The notes under the pieces were generated by a model. It worked only from the letters and a program-made list of their open reading frames with translations, was not told the DNA's origin and made no database searches. From Seison nebaliae (lineage: Eukaryota), in the NCBI GenBank assembly GCA_023231475.1, contig JALJEE010001544.1, positions 124,001 to 164,218 on the forward strand: DNA of 40,218 nucleotides, in the 5' to 3' direction. Position numbers and translations under genes: made by a program. This document shows positions 22,733-35,599 of this stretch, one piece after another. How positions within the stretch are numbered: the stretch's first letter is position 1; every line of letters begins with the position of its first letter.

Positions 22733-24442
22733 TTAATATTTCTTTTTTAAAATATTTGTCCATAACCGATCCTCCTTTTTATTAACAGAATTTTCGATAA
22801 TTTCTTTTAAATGTTTTTCGTGAGTCTCCTTCAGACCCAATAATACCAAAGTTAAACTTTCTTCTTCCAAATTCGACAGAATCATTCCCACATATTTAAT
22901 TAGCACTACTTTATCATTTGAAGTTAAATACCATAAATCTGTGTTTCTAATCGATCTGGAAATAGTAATGACATGTCCGTCTGTTGGAATTCTATCGATC
23001 TTGTCTAAATTATATAATTTCCGACTATTCATCAAATAGAAGCAAGCACGTCCCAAAAATTTTTCCAAAACATTCTTCACATCGAATTGATGAATAAAAT
23101 CCGTTTTACTGACTGTTATTTTTGGTAAGGCATCAATAAAGGATTTCCATAATTTCTTGTTACATTCATCTGAAGGACGATGTTTTAACCGTGTTACAAG
23201 TTCTTGATTTCTATCATAATTCAAATTTAAATCTGCTTTAAAATTCGATACCGATAAATAGAATTGGAACGATAAAATATCATAGGAATCATTCCCAGCA
23301 ATATCGATTCCATTAAATAATTTCATATTTTCTAACTGCCAATTTGGAAGTATATTATATTTCAAATTTTTAATTTCGATCTCCATCGAATTTAATTCCC
23401 TATTCAATTTGGGCAAGTCGCTGGAAAATTTTCGAACGATATCGAAAAGATTTCCAAAGAAATTATTTGAAATCGGATTGATCTCATGAACAAATAGATA
23501 ATCGAGCCATACTAATTCTGGATAATAAGACAATTTACTAATTTGTTGTGCGAAAATGTTACGGAAGGTTTCTGGGAAATTTTCAATGAATTTTGAAGGA
23601 TGAATAATTAATTTCGATGTTTTCGTCAAATAATTTAAACGATCTCCTTGTCCTTCTTCCATCAATAAATTGAGTACTAAATGAACGACGGATATTTGAG
23701 GATAAATCATAAAAATTAAATAATCATAAGAAGTATCAGGTAATGTGGTTTGATCAGTTAACTGAATTTCTTCTTCAGCAAAAATCGATTGAGTAAATAA
23801 AATATAAGAAAGATTTCCTGAAGTAATCGATCGGAAAATATTGGAGAATATCGATAGGATTGGTCGGGTATTCGATATAAAGAAACGATTCTCTGTGTTA
23901 ATATTTTCGATGATATTCTCAGCTAATTGATCTTGTTCATAAAAATTTGGTTTTATAAAAGTTTCCTGAAGATTTAAGGACATTTTCGACGATATCGACA
24001 TACTTTCTTTCTCCGCTGAATTTAACTGATGAAGTAACAGGCAAAAAGTGGATGAACAACTTCGTTGTCCGTTACATTCGAATTGATCATAATTATTATT
24101 AAATAATTTCATCGATTTTAAAATTTCTACTCCAAGATACTCTCCCGGTAATGTGTTTGTCAACGAGAATTTTTCATTTGGTTTACGGCAAATTTTATTG
24201 ATTTTCTTCTCAATTCCATTCTGGGATTGGAGCCATCTCTGTTTGGTTAAGAGGAGGAAATGAAGGAAATAAGTGGAAGAGCGGAGCATAGTTATTATTG
24301 TTATCAAACTACATGTTCCGTGCGGGTTCTTCAAACCGATTGGTGCCACAAGTGGATCCGTTTCGGTTGTTCCATATAAATTATCAATCTTCTTTATTTG
24401 TTCATAATAACTGACATAAGAGAAAGCTGCTGATAAAACCAT
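22733..24442 (-). CDS. Intronless, highly divergent ubiquitin-specific-protease-like (peptidase C19) protein
   Basis: 569-aa ORF with Cys box GLKNPHGTC (Cys44; cf. GLxNxGNTC) and His box DGHVITISRSIRNTDLWYLTSNDKV (His490; cf. GHY...W..xDD..V). Confidence 0.6.
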   Translation of the reverse strand: MVLSAAFSYVSYYEQIKKIDNLYGTTETDPLVAPIGLKNPHGTCSLITIITMLRSSTYFLHFLLLTKQRWLQSQNGIEKKINKICRKPNEKFSLTNTLPGEYLGVEILKSMKLFNNNYDQFECNGQRSCSSTFCLLLHQLNSAEKESMSISSKMSLNLQETFIKPNFYEQDQLAENIIENINTENRFFISNTRPILSIFSNIFRSITSGNLSYILFTQSIFAEEEIQLTDQTTLPDTSYDYLIFMIYPQISVVHLVLNLLMEEGQGDRLNYLTKTSKLIIHPSKFIENFPETFRNIFAQQISKLSYYPELVWLDYLFVHEINPISNNFFGNLFDIVRKFSSDLPKLNRELNSMEIEIKNLKYNILPNWQLENMKLFNGIDIAGNDSYDILSFQFYLSVSNFKADLNLNYDRNQELVTRLKHRPSDECNKKLWKSFIDALPKITVSKTDFIHQFDVKNVLEKFLGRACFYLMNSRKLYNLDKIDRIPTDGHVITISRSIRNTDLWYLTSNDKVVLIKYVGMILSNLEEESLTLVLLGLKETHEKHLKEIIENSVNKKEDRLWTNILKKKY

Positions 24443-25176
24443 TTTATTTATTAATTATTTTCATTCGAAAGTAAAAGAACTAAAAAAAGAAAACAAGAAA
24501 ACTACTTAAATTTCATTCTAAATTTTCCTATCATTAATTCCTTATGAATACTAGTCGTCGTAAATTTGTCATATGATGAACCGTTATCAGATTATGTAAC
24601 GGAATGATAAATATTACTTTGCTTCAGAGAGAAGAGGGAATAAATAATAAACAACTATTCGATGATGCAGAAACAGAAATTACACGGAAATTTATTTATA
24701 TCAGATTCTTATTCTAACATAATTTTCCGATTCTTCTATCGTTTCGATGGGAGAAGATATTCGATTTTCTGAATGTTCAACATTTTTCAATTATTAATTA
24801 TAAAACTTTAATTAATTTATTATGTCTAGTTTATTGGGAATGATTCAGAAAGGATTAAAGGGAAGTAGTGCGTGGAAGAAACGGCTGGTTATTGTTTGCT
24901 TGTTACTTGTATTGTTTTTAGGGAGGAAAAACAATTGTAATAAAAGATGAGATTCCGAATGTAGTAAAGAAGAAGAAGGAGAAAATGAGATTAGTAATTA
25001 CGACTTTAACATATTCATAATATCTTCATTTCGTAATAAACGCATACTCATAAAAGAGTGACATTTCCTCCACGTTAGTCAGTTGGGAAACAATTAAAGT
25101 AATATTTGGTGAAATGAAAGAATGTTTCTCATATCAGTCGAGTGATGAGGATGTTTAAATCATTTTCATTCGTTTG

Positions 25177-25190
25177 GTTGTCATGGCAAC
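25177..25190. promoter_or_regulatory. RFX X-box between the USP-like gene and FoxJ1-like
   Basis: GTTGTCATGGCAAC, a near-perfect RFX palindrome, about 1.24 kb upstream of the FoxJ1-like ATG. Confidence 0.75.
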
Positions 25191-26424
25191 CATGAAGTTA
25201 TTCGGGATCTCTTCATTATCGTGAGATTGTAACTTGATCTACTTTCCATCACCGCAATAAGCAGAGAATTTCTTTAATAGAATATGAAATTTATCTTCGA
25301 TATCTCAACACAGATGACAACAAACTATTTCACACAATTCCTCTCAATATTGGAAGGATTGTTCTCCACTTGAATCGAATACGAAGAAGTGGAAAGAAAT
25401 TGAAGAACTTGAAAAGAAATCTAGTTTTTCTCCAATAAGTAGATTCTCCCATTTCTCGATATATTCCTCTCATTCAACGAAAGTCGCCGTTTTGTAGGAG
25501 AAAGAAAGCTAATGGAATTCAGCTAACGGCGAGTCGGGTCTTCCGAAAGAGAAAAGTTCTAATTTGTACCGTATTCGAATGCGCGCTATTATGTACATAA
25601 TAGCAATGTACCAATCCATTATAGAGTTGCTTGTATGTATTACATGAGAATTATTCGTTTTGTTGATCGACAACAACTTCTTTCCCTTTTAAGTCGAATT
25701 TGAGGAATAATGAAAAGATTTGTAGTTTGAAACATATAGAGAAGTTTCTTTTAGGTAACTTTGTATAACATTAATATTAGAAGTAACAAGAAGAAAGAAC
25801 AGGAATTTCTTCGAATTGCAACGAAAAACTTCTTTATAAAAATTTGTGAGAGAAGGATTTAGTCGTCAGAATGTTTTTCGTTGCATTACTTACTTCCAAT
25901 AAATGTCATTTCCCTCTTCTCTTTATCGTTATCGTCGTCGTTGTCGTCGTCGTCGTCCCAGTTCTGTTCGATTCCGGTCTCACCATACACACCATTAATT
26001 TTCTTACGATCCTCTCATTCGGAATGAGAGAATTAATACAATTTAATAATACGAGCTCGTTCTCTTCAATTTCACCCTTTTTTTCAATGAGCTCACTAAA
26101 AAACTTACTCTCAGTTCATCCAATTGAAATGTTACGTCACATTATATTGAAATGTCTTTTAGAACTTCTATGTGAGAATAATTAAGCCGGGAGGAAATGA
26201 GATGAATAGAAGAGAAGTTGAGTGAAAGAAGAAGGGGGGAGTTGATAGGTCTCAAAATAATTCTTTTATAAAAAGAAAATTGGTTTTACCTTCGAATCAT
26301 TTCCCGTTAAATCGAACTCATAACAATTTAAAATCTATATTTCAATCCAATTCCCGATTAGTAGAGAAATATTTTGTTGATTGAAGAGAAGAAATTGAGT
26401 TGTTTTGTACTATCGATTTGTTTA

Positions 26425-28367
26425 ATGGAATTTGGGAGAAGTGAATGGCATAGCAATTCAGCACCAACAAGTTTCGTGTTGAAAAAAGATCAACAGAAAG
26501 CGATTCATGGACAATTTATAAAGAACTTGTCGAAGAATGCGAACAAAGAGGAAGATAAGAAGAAATGTCATTATCATCAAACGTTTTTTTCAATTTCTCC
26601 ATTTAGTTATTGATTTCTTTTTAAAGATCGAACGGATCGAAAACCGGTTTAGATCTGATAAAGAGTCAGTTGCAATTGATAATCGAATCTGGTTTATTTA
26701 GTGACCGGACGGCATTAAATTTGACTGAAAAATGTACGAAATTGGATCGGTTATGTAACACGTTAAGTGTGAACGACAAATCGAATTTGGAATATCAGAC
26801 GACTTGTAGTCATTTGGGAGAAGCGATGGATATTTTGAAAGAATATGTCGAACAAACGAGAAATAAAGAGAGTCAGTTCGATCATATTGCTTTGGAGGAG
26901 AATAAAAAGTTTAGTGTCCTTCTGGAAAAGGTGTCGGATTCGTTGGAGAATTTATTTCAACGAATGAACATTCCCAACGACAATCAAGACAATTATACGA
27001 TATCGAATATTATGGATAACGCATTGTTGCAACCCGCTCACAATATCAGATCGACGACAACTCATCGAAATTCGAAGAATTCGTCGCAGAAAATCGAAGA
27101 TTTAATTGGATCCATCGAAAAGTTCCATTCAGACACATATCGTCTATCGAATCATAAACCAGACTTATCGATCTATTCTCTCATAACCATGTCCATGTTC
27201 CTGAGTAAAAAAGACAAGATGACGTTACATGATATTTATTCTTGGATTATGACCAATTTTGGTTATTATCATACTAAAGATAAATGGAAAGTTATTTGAA
27301 ATTTTATATTATATTAATCAATTTAAATTATATTAATTTTTTAGAATTCTGTCCGTCATAATTTGTCGATGTCGAGTGAATTCCAGAAGGTTCCTCGTCC
27401 AAAAGACGAACCAGGTAAAGGAGGTTATTGGAAATTGGACGAGAAATTCCATCTGGCATTATTAAATAAAGGTCTCGAACGTTATATCTTCCAAAGTGAA
27501 GAATATTCTTTTCTGAGAATGAAGAAAGATTTTATTGAACATTCTCTTTTGAATAATAACGAGAATAATCAGAAAGAAGTGGATTGTGATGTGTCGGTAT
27601 GTTGTGAAGAGAACAATATGGAAATAAAAAATAATGATAACAACTTACTCAATTTTCCAAGTCAGAAACGAACAGGAATGGTAAAACGATTGAAACCGAA
27701 ATCGAAATGTTTTCTTCAATATCAGAATTATTATCCGAATAATGTCGGAACGAAATCATTTTCATATTCAGAAGATTCACGTTGGGAACCGGAAGACAGT
27801 GAGAATTATATGAAATATAATTCTCAGTCTAATTGTTCACAATTCGACAATTCGTCATCATTCCAAAATCATCAATTCAATCAGACTCATTCCTCCAGTT
27901 TATTGGCACCTCCATGCTGTACATCAAATCAATTCCGGTTCCATTCGAATGATGAACATGTGGATTACAATTCCTCGACGCCGACTTGGAATTCGGAGAT
28001 GCAACCAAGAAATTATCATCAAAATGAGATGATGAATAGAAATGAAGATAATTTGATGGGAAATCAAATGACTCATTATAATCCAATTTGTCTGGAATCG
28101 CCAGTTTCCGATAATGATCGATATGTGTTTCAGGAAAATGAGGAATTGAGAGTAACTGGCCAGAGTTATCCAATCATCGAACAATCTACTTTGACACCGA
28201 ATAACAGGCAATCATACTCATCTTATGAACCATATAACAATCCAAATGATGATTTACTAATAAATGACGATTTAAATGGAAATGATCCAAATATCGCCAA
28301 TTATCAATCAGATAGTCTTCCTCCGGTCACTTGGTTCAACAGGTGTCAGAAAGAAGTTAAATTATAA
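26425..28367 (+). CDS. FoxJ1: Forkhead transcription factor, FoxJ1-like; exons 26425-26582, 26627-27290, 27345-28367
   Basis: [39 protein letters not shown]...[34 protein letters not shown]. The [15 protein letters not shown] wing is FoxJ-type. Introns of 44 and 54 nt restore the frame. Confidence 0.75.
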
Positions 28368-28372
28368 TCATT

Positions 28373-28412
28373 CCATCACGTCTGGTAATTTACCATCATG
28401 TCTGGTAATTTA
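28373..28412. repeat. 20-bp direct duplication in the FoxJ1-like 3' UTR
   Basis: CCATCACGTCTGGTAATTTA followed by CCATCATGTCTGGTAATTTA (one mismatch). Confidence 0.85.
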
Positions 28413-28583
28413 CATGTTTCCTCACGTTTGGCAGTTTACATATTCCATCAGAATTTGATGAAAAATTCTCATTTACAATTCAATGAATTTTCTATTTATT
28501 TTTACACTTTTTATATCTCTCTAACATTCTATAATAATGAAATGATCGAAAATGAATTTATTGAAATAAATTTGAAAAGTCTT

Positions 28584-29894
28584 CTAAATGTAAAGCGATT
28601 GTATTAGCTGTCCGTTTATAATGAGAAGTTCACGGTAATTGCCTTTCACCTCATCAAATATTCGATGGACGAATGGATAAAATTCCATCAATCGCGAACA
28701 TTCAATATCCGTTGAATTATGTCCTGTTTCCGTTTGATGATGATATCCATAATCAATACATCGACCGTCATTTTCAATGAGAAAGTAATTGAGGAAGATA
28801 TGTTCGTTCCTTGGCGACGGTATCCAAAGAGCACCGAATGGTCTCAATTTCAAAGGAAATACTTGATCTAAACGACTGAAATATGATTTTCGCAATTGAT
28901 GGATCCATAAAGTTTTCTGATTTATTGTCACATCACCATCTTGTGCATCCGTCTCATATAACCATAAATCTATATAAGGATATGACCAATAATATTCGGA
29001 TGAAGGTCGACTATGCATCATCCATATCTTGAAATATGTCGATCCATTCCAACTACTTTTTCTAGGAGAAATCATCAGGAAATAATTTCCAGAATAACTA
29101 ACTCAATCATCGTATAATTTAACAGAACAAAAGTATCTTCTTTCTTGTGTTGTTTATCGATAACATTATAATTTTTCATTTGATGATATGCTATGATGTT
29201 ATGACGTGTAATACATTTTATAATCTGATCCTTCTGGAAATATGGTGCCATCAAATCAATATCATCATCCCATGGAATCATATCATGATGTCTAATGGAA
29301 CCTATGATGGTTTGGAGGTAGTGATATGTTTGAAAAGAATCGAACCTAATAATGTTCCTGAAATCATGAAATATATGATATTCTGTTTGATAAACAAATT
29401 ATGTAAAGTTTGGACGAGTAACATCGCTTGGAAGTATTGGAATTTTGATAAACTTTTAGAAAATGATAAATTAATTAACGAATGACCAAATCTAACCGAC
29501 GAGGTAATATTTTACTAGATTTATGATAATTTTCATTCAAAACATATGTAGGATATAAAACGGGTAAATGTTTCGGCATTTGCGAGAAGAAGATTCCATC
29601 CAATTGATCGTTCTTCAATTTTCTTACCCAAATTGCATCGTTCTTCGGAATGTCATGAAGTATTTCATCTTTTTCTTCATTTTTCGATAAATGTTTTCTA
29701 CATTCACTTATCTCTCCCAATGATAACAGACAATCGCCAGGTTTCAGACAATTATCTTCCACATATTTCATATTCACTTTCCCATCAGAATGACATTCGC
29801 GTAGTTGATTATAACTGACATATATGAGAAAGAGAATTAGGATAAATATTTTACTTTTATAATAGAGTAAGTGTTTAACAAATGAAATTATCAT
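28584..29894 (-). CDS. LicD/fukutin-related phosphotransferase, type II membrane protein (4 exons)
   Basis: N-terminal TM IFILILFLIYVSY; YFMISGTLL|GSIRHHDMIPWDDDIDL; WSYPYIDLWLY; VFPLKLRPFGALWIPSPRN. Introns 29427-29479, 29302-29345, 29062-29102. Confidence 0.88.
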
Positions 29895-30387
29895 TCTGAA
29901 TCATAACTTGTTCAACAAATGAACAGTGGAGCTTTGATGGTTTGATATCATTCTTCCATTAACCAACTTCTTTGTAACACGTTGTACAAATCATCATAAT
30001 ATTGTTGTTTGTCACTAAAATTATCAAACGGTTTTCGAGTAATGTACAAAATTTCAAAATTTTAATAATGTACATCATTTTTGTGTGATATTTTGTTGTA
30101 GTAATCGAGTTAGGTAATTATAGTAGTTTTACTGAATAAATATAAATTTGGCAAAATTTCAATATCTTCTGGCTAATATCTTCAATTGAGTTATGTCATT
30201 GAAGTTTTTGCAAATTAATTTATAACGATAAATAAATTGTGACGAATATTTATCATTATTTTAGTGAACTATCTTAGCCATGCTCTGGTGTCTAAATTCG
30301 AACTCAAACATTATAGGAAGTAAAAGAAAAAAACTGGAAAAATATTTTTTATTCTAGATCATTGTATACTTACAGTTAGTTGAAAAT

Positions 30388-32077
30388 TTAATTTTCAATA
30401 TTGTCATTAATATTAATAAATTTCATGTTCTCTTGATTGAATGGTAAGAGCAATTTGAGGGAAAGAAAGATTGAAGATTTATTTTTCGGTCTTCCTGAAT
30501 TAGTTTCTGTTTTTTCAGGAATTGATGGTTTGCTTGTCATCGTTTTATTTTCACAAGAACTGGCGGAAAATTTAGTAATTGTGCTCTAGGTTGAAGACGT
30601 ACTAACATGATATTTATAATTTGTACTTCACTGCCACATTTTCTATCGGGAATTACGAGATCGTACATGTCGTTTGAATCAACTATTTTTTTTCCTGTTT
30701 TGTTAGATATATAATATATCAGTTGACAATTAGATGTCGAAGGAATAAAATGAATAGATCGACTGAGATGTGGATCAACATGAAAATGGTTAATTTGTGG
30801 AGAAGATCCGAAAATCATTAATATTCCCAAATTCCTCATATCATCATAAATGTTATAAACGGCCTTCCAATCAGCAGTAGGAATATCTATATCCCAGAAA
30901 CATAATTGTGCAACGAAAATGTAATTTAACTTTCTTCTACTGTCCATCGCATATCCAAAGGGAACTTCATCGACATTCTAATACTCACTATGTCACCATT
31001 AAATGTTTCCGGTTTTAATCGGTTGGTACAGAGATTAGGTCCTCCATACTTCATATTTAGGTAAGAAGAACTGAAAAGAAGAATGTGTATTCTTATATTG
31101 GATTAATTTAATGAAACTTTATTGTAATATACCAATTGTTACACCAACCGGACGTCAGATAAATTGACTGAGTAAAATTAAGAATTTCAAACTTGGAAAA
31201 TCTTATTATGCAATTGTTACATGACCAATTATTATCAATCATATCTACAAATTTAAAATAAAAATAAGTTTGAAGAAATTTGGAACAAACCTTTTTCTGA
31301 ATACTCACCAGAAGATTGGTTAATGACAGATATTTCTGATGTTTTAGATATTTCTGTTGTTTCTGATATTTCTGTTGTTTCTGACATTTCTGGTATTTCT
31401 GTTGTTTCTGATATTTCGGTTGTTTCCAGTATTTCTGGTCTTTCTGTTGTTTCTGATGTTGTCCACGTATTTAACTTTTCATTTACGTTGTCAGAAGTAT
31501 TTATCGCTATTGTAGGAAACAGAATTTCTTTTTAGAAATATATTATTTTTTTTCTTTGATATTCCTAACCTTGTACTGAGAATTTTATTTTAGAGCATTT
31601 GGATGAAATACATATCTTTCGTGGTTCTTCAATTATTTCACACTTTTCGTCACTCATATCTTTCAAATAATATTTTCCAATGAGATTTGGACCAAGTTTT
31701 ATTACTGTTTTTTGCGGATGTTCAAACATTGTTTGTTCCCACAAAAATTCATATCTTTTCAAACTAATGCGATTAAATTTCCATTCACTTAGAGGTCTAG
31801 AAAATTGTCCACCAGTGTATGTTGTCGCCTTAAAACGACTTTTCCATGTATCTCCTATGAATCTTATAAGGATTTTTTCGAAATATAATATTTTGGGATG
31901 TAATCCTTGTCCACATAATTTGGGAGTTATGTATGTTTTACCCCATTGGGTTAATCTGAAAATTTTGCACACTTTGAAATTAGCAACGAAAGTCGTTAAA
32001 AAATAACTCTATTATATAGTAATTATTTCCACATTTAATTTCACCGTTTGAAGGAATAGCAATTGAACTTTCCACAT
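30388..32077 (-). CDS. Uncharacterised probably secreted protein with a central Thr/Glu/Ser repeat linker (multi-exon)
   Basis: ATG at 32077 (MWKVQLLFLQT...). Short GT..AG introns join ORFs 31565..31972, the repeat exon, 31108..31308 and 30537..30947. Cys-containing regions flank (SETTEI)n. The 3' end is uncertain (stop at 30388 or 30537). Confidence 0.55.
31328..31460. repeat. Coding tandem repeat of 9/18-bp units (GATATTTCTGTTGTTTCT)
   Basis: Encodes SETTERPEILETTEISETTEIPEMSETTEISETTEISKTSEIS on the minus strand. Confidence 0.85.
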
Positions 32078-32853
32078 CGCTCAAAGATATAAAACTTTTT
32101 ACGAATTCATATTTATATTCTAATAATAATAATTTCTTATATATGATATAAAACGAAACTTCCTATTTCTGTAAAATCAATTTTAGTTACGGCACATGTT
32201 ACAGTAACCAATTGATAGATTAAAACTACCCGGAAATATTTACCACCGAAATCGCTAATTTTCATCTTCTTCTTTTAGTTTTAAAAAATAAAAATTTTTA
32301 TGCTCAGCGAAGAGAAATGTAAATAAAGAATTAAATTAAAATATTCTTCTCATGGTGCTATTATTAGGTCATAATTAATATGTGTAATGCTAAATGAATT
32401 CTTGTTTATTTTCATTTTCTATCTATCAAAATAATTTTCGACGATTACGTATTATAAATAAAATTTTTCGATTATCATTTTACGTTTAAATAAATTTTAG
32501 TTCAAAAATTTCACTTGTTTAATTACAAGTTCTCTCGTATGATGTATATTCGAAACTATTCGACTTATAACAAATTATTTTAGTTTATACGCAATTTTAC
32601 AAGTTATATTTTCTAAATTTTATTTTGTTAAAGTTCATGAACGGTTTGCATAACGTCAAATCAACTTCTGTTATTTAAATAGTAAAACGAAGACCTGATT
32701 GATCAAGAAATAGATTTCGACCGATTGTGAATCCCACAGAATTTGGAAGTATTTGAATGAATATAATATAGAATTGAAGAGATTGTAGAGGTGGTTTGAA
32801 TTTGAAAATTTCGCTTAGCTATACATCGTTTGGACAGATATAAACAAAAATTA

Positions 32854-35599
32854 ATGATGAATAATAATGGAAAAGAGCAGAAGAAGAGAAAGAATAAGGG
32901 AAAGAATGAGAATAAGAAGAATGAAGATCCGAAGAAGACGGAGGAGTTGAAGAAGAAAGAGGAGTTGAAGAATCGGAAAAAGAATGAATTGATCGAGAAG
33001 ATTAAGGCGGAACAGCGAGCAAAAGAGCAGAAGAAATTGGAGGAAAAGAAAGAAGATGAACGATTAAGAAAATTGGAGGATGAGCGTATAGCGAAGTTGA
33101 AAGCTCAACAAGAGGAAGAAAAGAGATTGAAAGAATTGAAACGACAGGAGAAGATTCGAATGAAACAAGAACGTATTAAAGACGGGACATGGTTATCGAA
33201 GAAACAACTCCGACAAAATACAGAGAAGTTGAAGCAATTGGGAATAACAGCTGAAGAGATGAAACAAAGAATGGATGTTGGCGAACGGAAATTGCCAACA
33301 AATCGTCGAGGAAAAAATAAAATGAAAAATAAAGAAAATGAAGAAGAAGAAAAAGAGGAAGAAATAGTTAAAGTTGAAGAAGAAGCAGAAGAAGAAGAAG
33401 AAGAAGAAGAAGAAAAAAAAGAAGATGATGTAAAAACGGCTTGGGATGAATCATCAGATGATGATGATGATGATGGAGATGATGGAAATGAGAAGGAGAA
33501 TGATGGAAATCGAATGAGAGATGAAATGGATTATTTTCAAGATATCTCATCCGACGAAGATGAACGTCATCATTTCGATGGAACTGGTGACAATTCAAAC
33601 ACTTTATACTTTGCCAATATTAAACAGAGATTGAGGAAACGTCATGAGAAATATGAAAAATTTCGTCGACCTGATCGATTGAGAGCGCCGATCGTTTGTG
33701 TTCTGGGTCATGTCGACACAGGTAAAACTCAATTATTGGATAATTTACGTGGTACGAAAGTTCAGTTAGGAGAAGCTGGTGGAATTACTCAACAAATCGG
33801 TGCGACAAATGTTCCAGCTGAAGCGATCGCTGAAAGAACTAAAAATGTTCGATCTTTCGACGAATCATCATTCCAATTACCAGGTCTATTAATCATCGAT
33901 ACACCGGGTCACGAAGCTTTTCGTAATTTACGTGCGAGAGGTGCAAATATTTGTGATTTATCCATATTAGTTGTTGATGTAATGCATGGTCTCCAACAAC
34001 AAACGGAAGAAAGTATAAAATTATTACGAAGTCAAAAAGTTCCATTTATTATCGCTTTAAATAAAATCGATCGATTAACTGAATGGGAAAGTAATCCAGA
34101 AGGTGATGTGAAAGAAACATTTGACAATCAATCGGTTTTATGTAAAAACGATTTCAATGAACGATGCAAATTAATTCAGTTACAATTCGCTGAACGTTGT
34201 GGATTGAACGTTTGTCTCTTCTGGGAAAGAAGTGAAGCTGTTGATTATTTGAGAATGATTCCAACGTCAGCTAAAACGGGTGATGGAATTCCCAATATTT
34301 TCGGGGAGTTATGTAATTTCGCTCAAATTGGAATGAGAGATAAATTGATGTGGTCGCCAGAAACCTGTGGAACGGTAATGGAAGTAAAAACGATTGATGG
34401 TTATGGAACGACAATTGATGTCTGTTTAGTTAATGGATGTCTTCATCAGAATGATACGATAGTTCTTCCGTCATTTGATGGGGCGATATCTACGAAAATT
34501 AAAGGTATATTAAAACCGGCAACGATGACAGATTCGAGAGTGAAAAATAAATGGATTCCTTATGATCGAATACATGCCGCTCAAGGAGTGAAAATTACCG
34601 CAAAGAATATTGAGAAAGTAATTGCTGGTTTACCAATGTTCGTAGCGAAACATGATGACGAAATCGAATATTATAAACGAGAACTCGATCATTCAATTCA
34701 GGAACAACTTCGAAATATTCGAGTTGACGAGAAAGGCGTTTATGTTCAAGCATCTACACTCGGTTCTCTTGAAGCGTTATTGGAATATTTGAGATCGGAA
34801 AAAGTTCCATACTGTGGAGTAAATATTGGACCAGTTCATAAATTGGACGTGAAGAAAGCATCGATCATGAAAGAACAATGTGAACAGTTCAATTAATTTC
34901 TATTAAAAAATTTAAAATTTTCTCTTTTCCAGATTTGCAGTAATTCTCGCATTTGATGTTCGTATTGATCGAGATGCAGTTGAAGAAGCAGAAAATTGTG
35001 GTATTACCATTTTCAGTGCCGATATCATTTACCATCTAACGGATTCCTTCTCAAAATATCGAGACGATTATCGAGTAAAGAAACAAAATGAATTTAGAAA
35101 TTCTGCAGTTTTTCCTTGTAAATTGGAGATTCTTCCCGAATGCATCTTCAACAAAAAATGTCCGATCGTTATTGGAGTGAAAATTCTCGATGGGTTTATC
35201 AAAATCGGAACACCAATCTCAGTTCCATCCAAACAAGTTTCATTTACAATTCAAAAATGTTTCAAATTCCTTTTTTCAGAATATTGTTCTGGGAAAAGTG
35301 GCGGGAATTCAAATTGAAGGAGCGTCACTAGATATCGGAAAGAAAGGACAGAATGTTTGTCTGAAAATCGATCCAATTGCTGGAGATGTCGCTTATATGT
35401 TCGGACGACATTTCGAAGTTACCGATATTCTGATGAGTCGAGTTGGTATTTCTTTCAAAAATTTCTTTTATTCATTTTCCATCATCAGATCACCAGAGAA
35501 TCGATAAATGTGGTGAAAGATTGGTTCCGAACTGAATTGTCAAAAGCCGATTGGATTCTCATGAAAGAATTGAAAACCATATTTAAAATTCCTTCCTAA
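32854..35599 (+). CDS. eIF5B: Eukaryotic translation initiation factor 5B (4 coding exons)
   Basis: LRAPIVCVLGHVDTGKT, GEAGGITQQIGAT, DTPGHE, NKID, GVYVQASTLGSLEALL, FGRHFE, ITRESINVVKDWFR. Introns 34887-34932, 35237-35279, 35442-35488. The start ATG is uncertain. Confidence 0.95.

Noticed and set aside
25500..25604. U7, U11, SL RNA, RNase P or hammerhead identity for the hairpin island
   Set aside because: Only partial resemblance (AATTTGT, AATTCAGCTA). Required partner motifs such as CUGAnGA, the CR-I pairing strand or U7 CUCUUU are absent.
31328..31460. CRISPR-like array
   Set aside because: Contiguous degenerate 9/18-bp coding repeats with no unique spacers, in a eukaryotic context with no cas genes.
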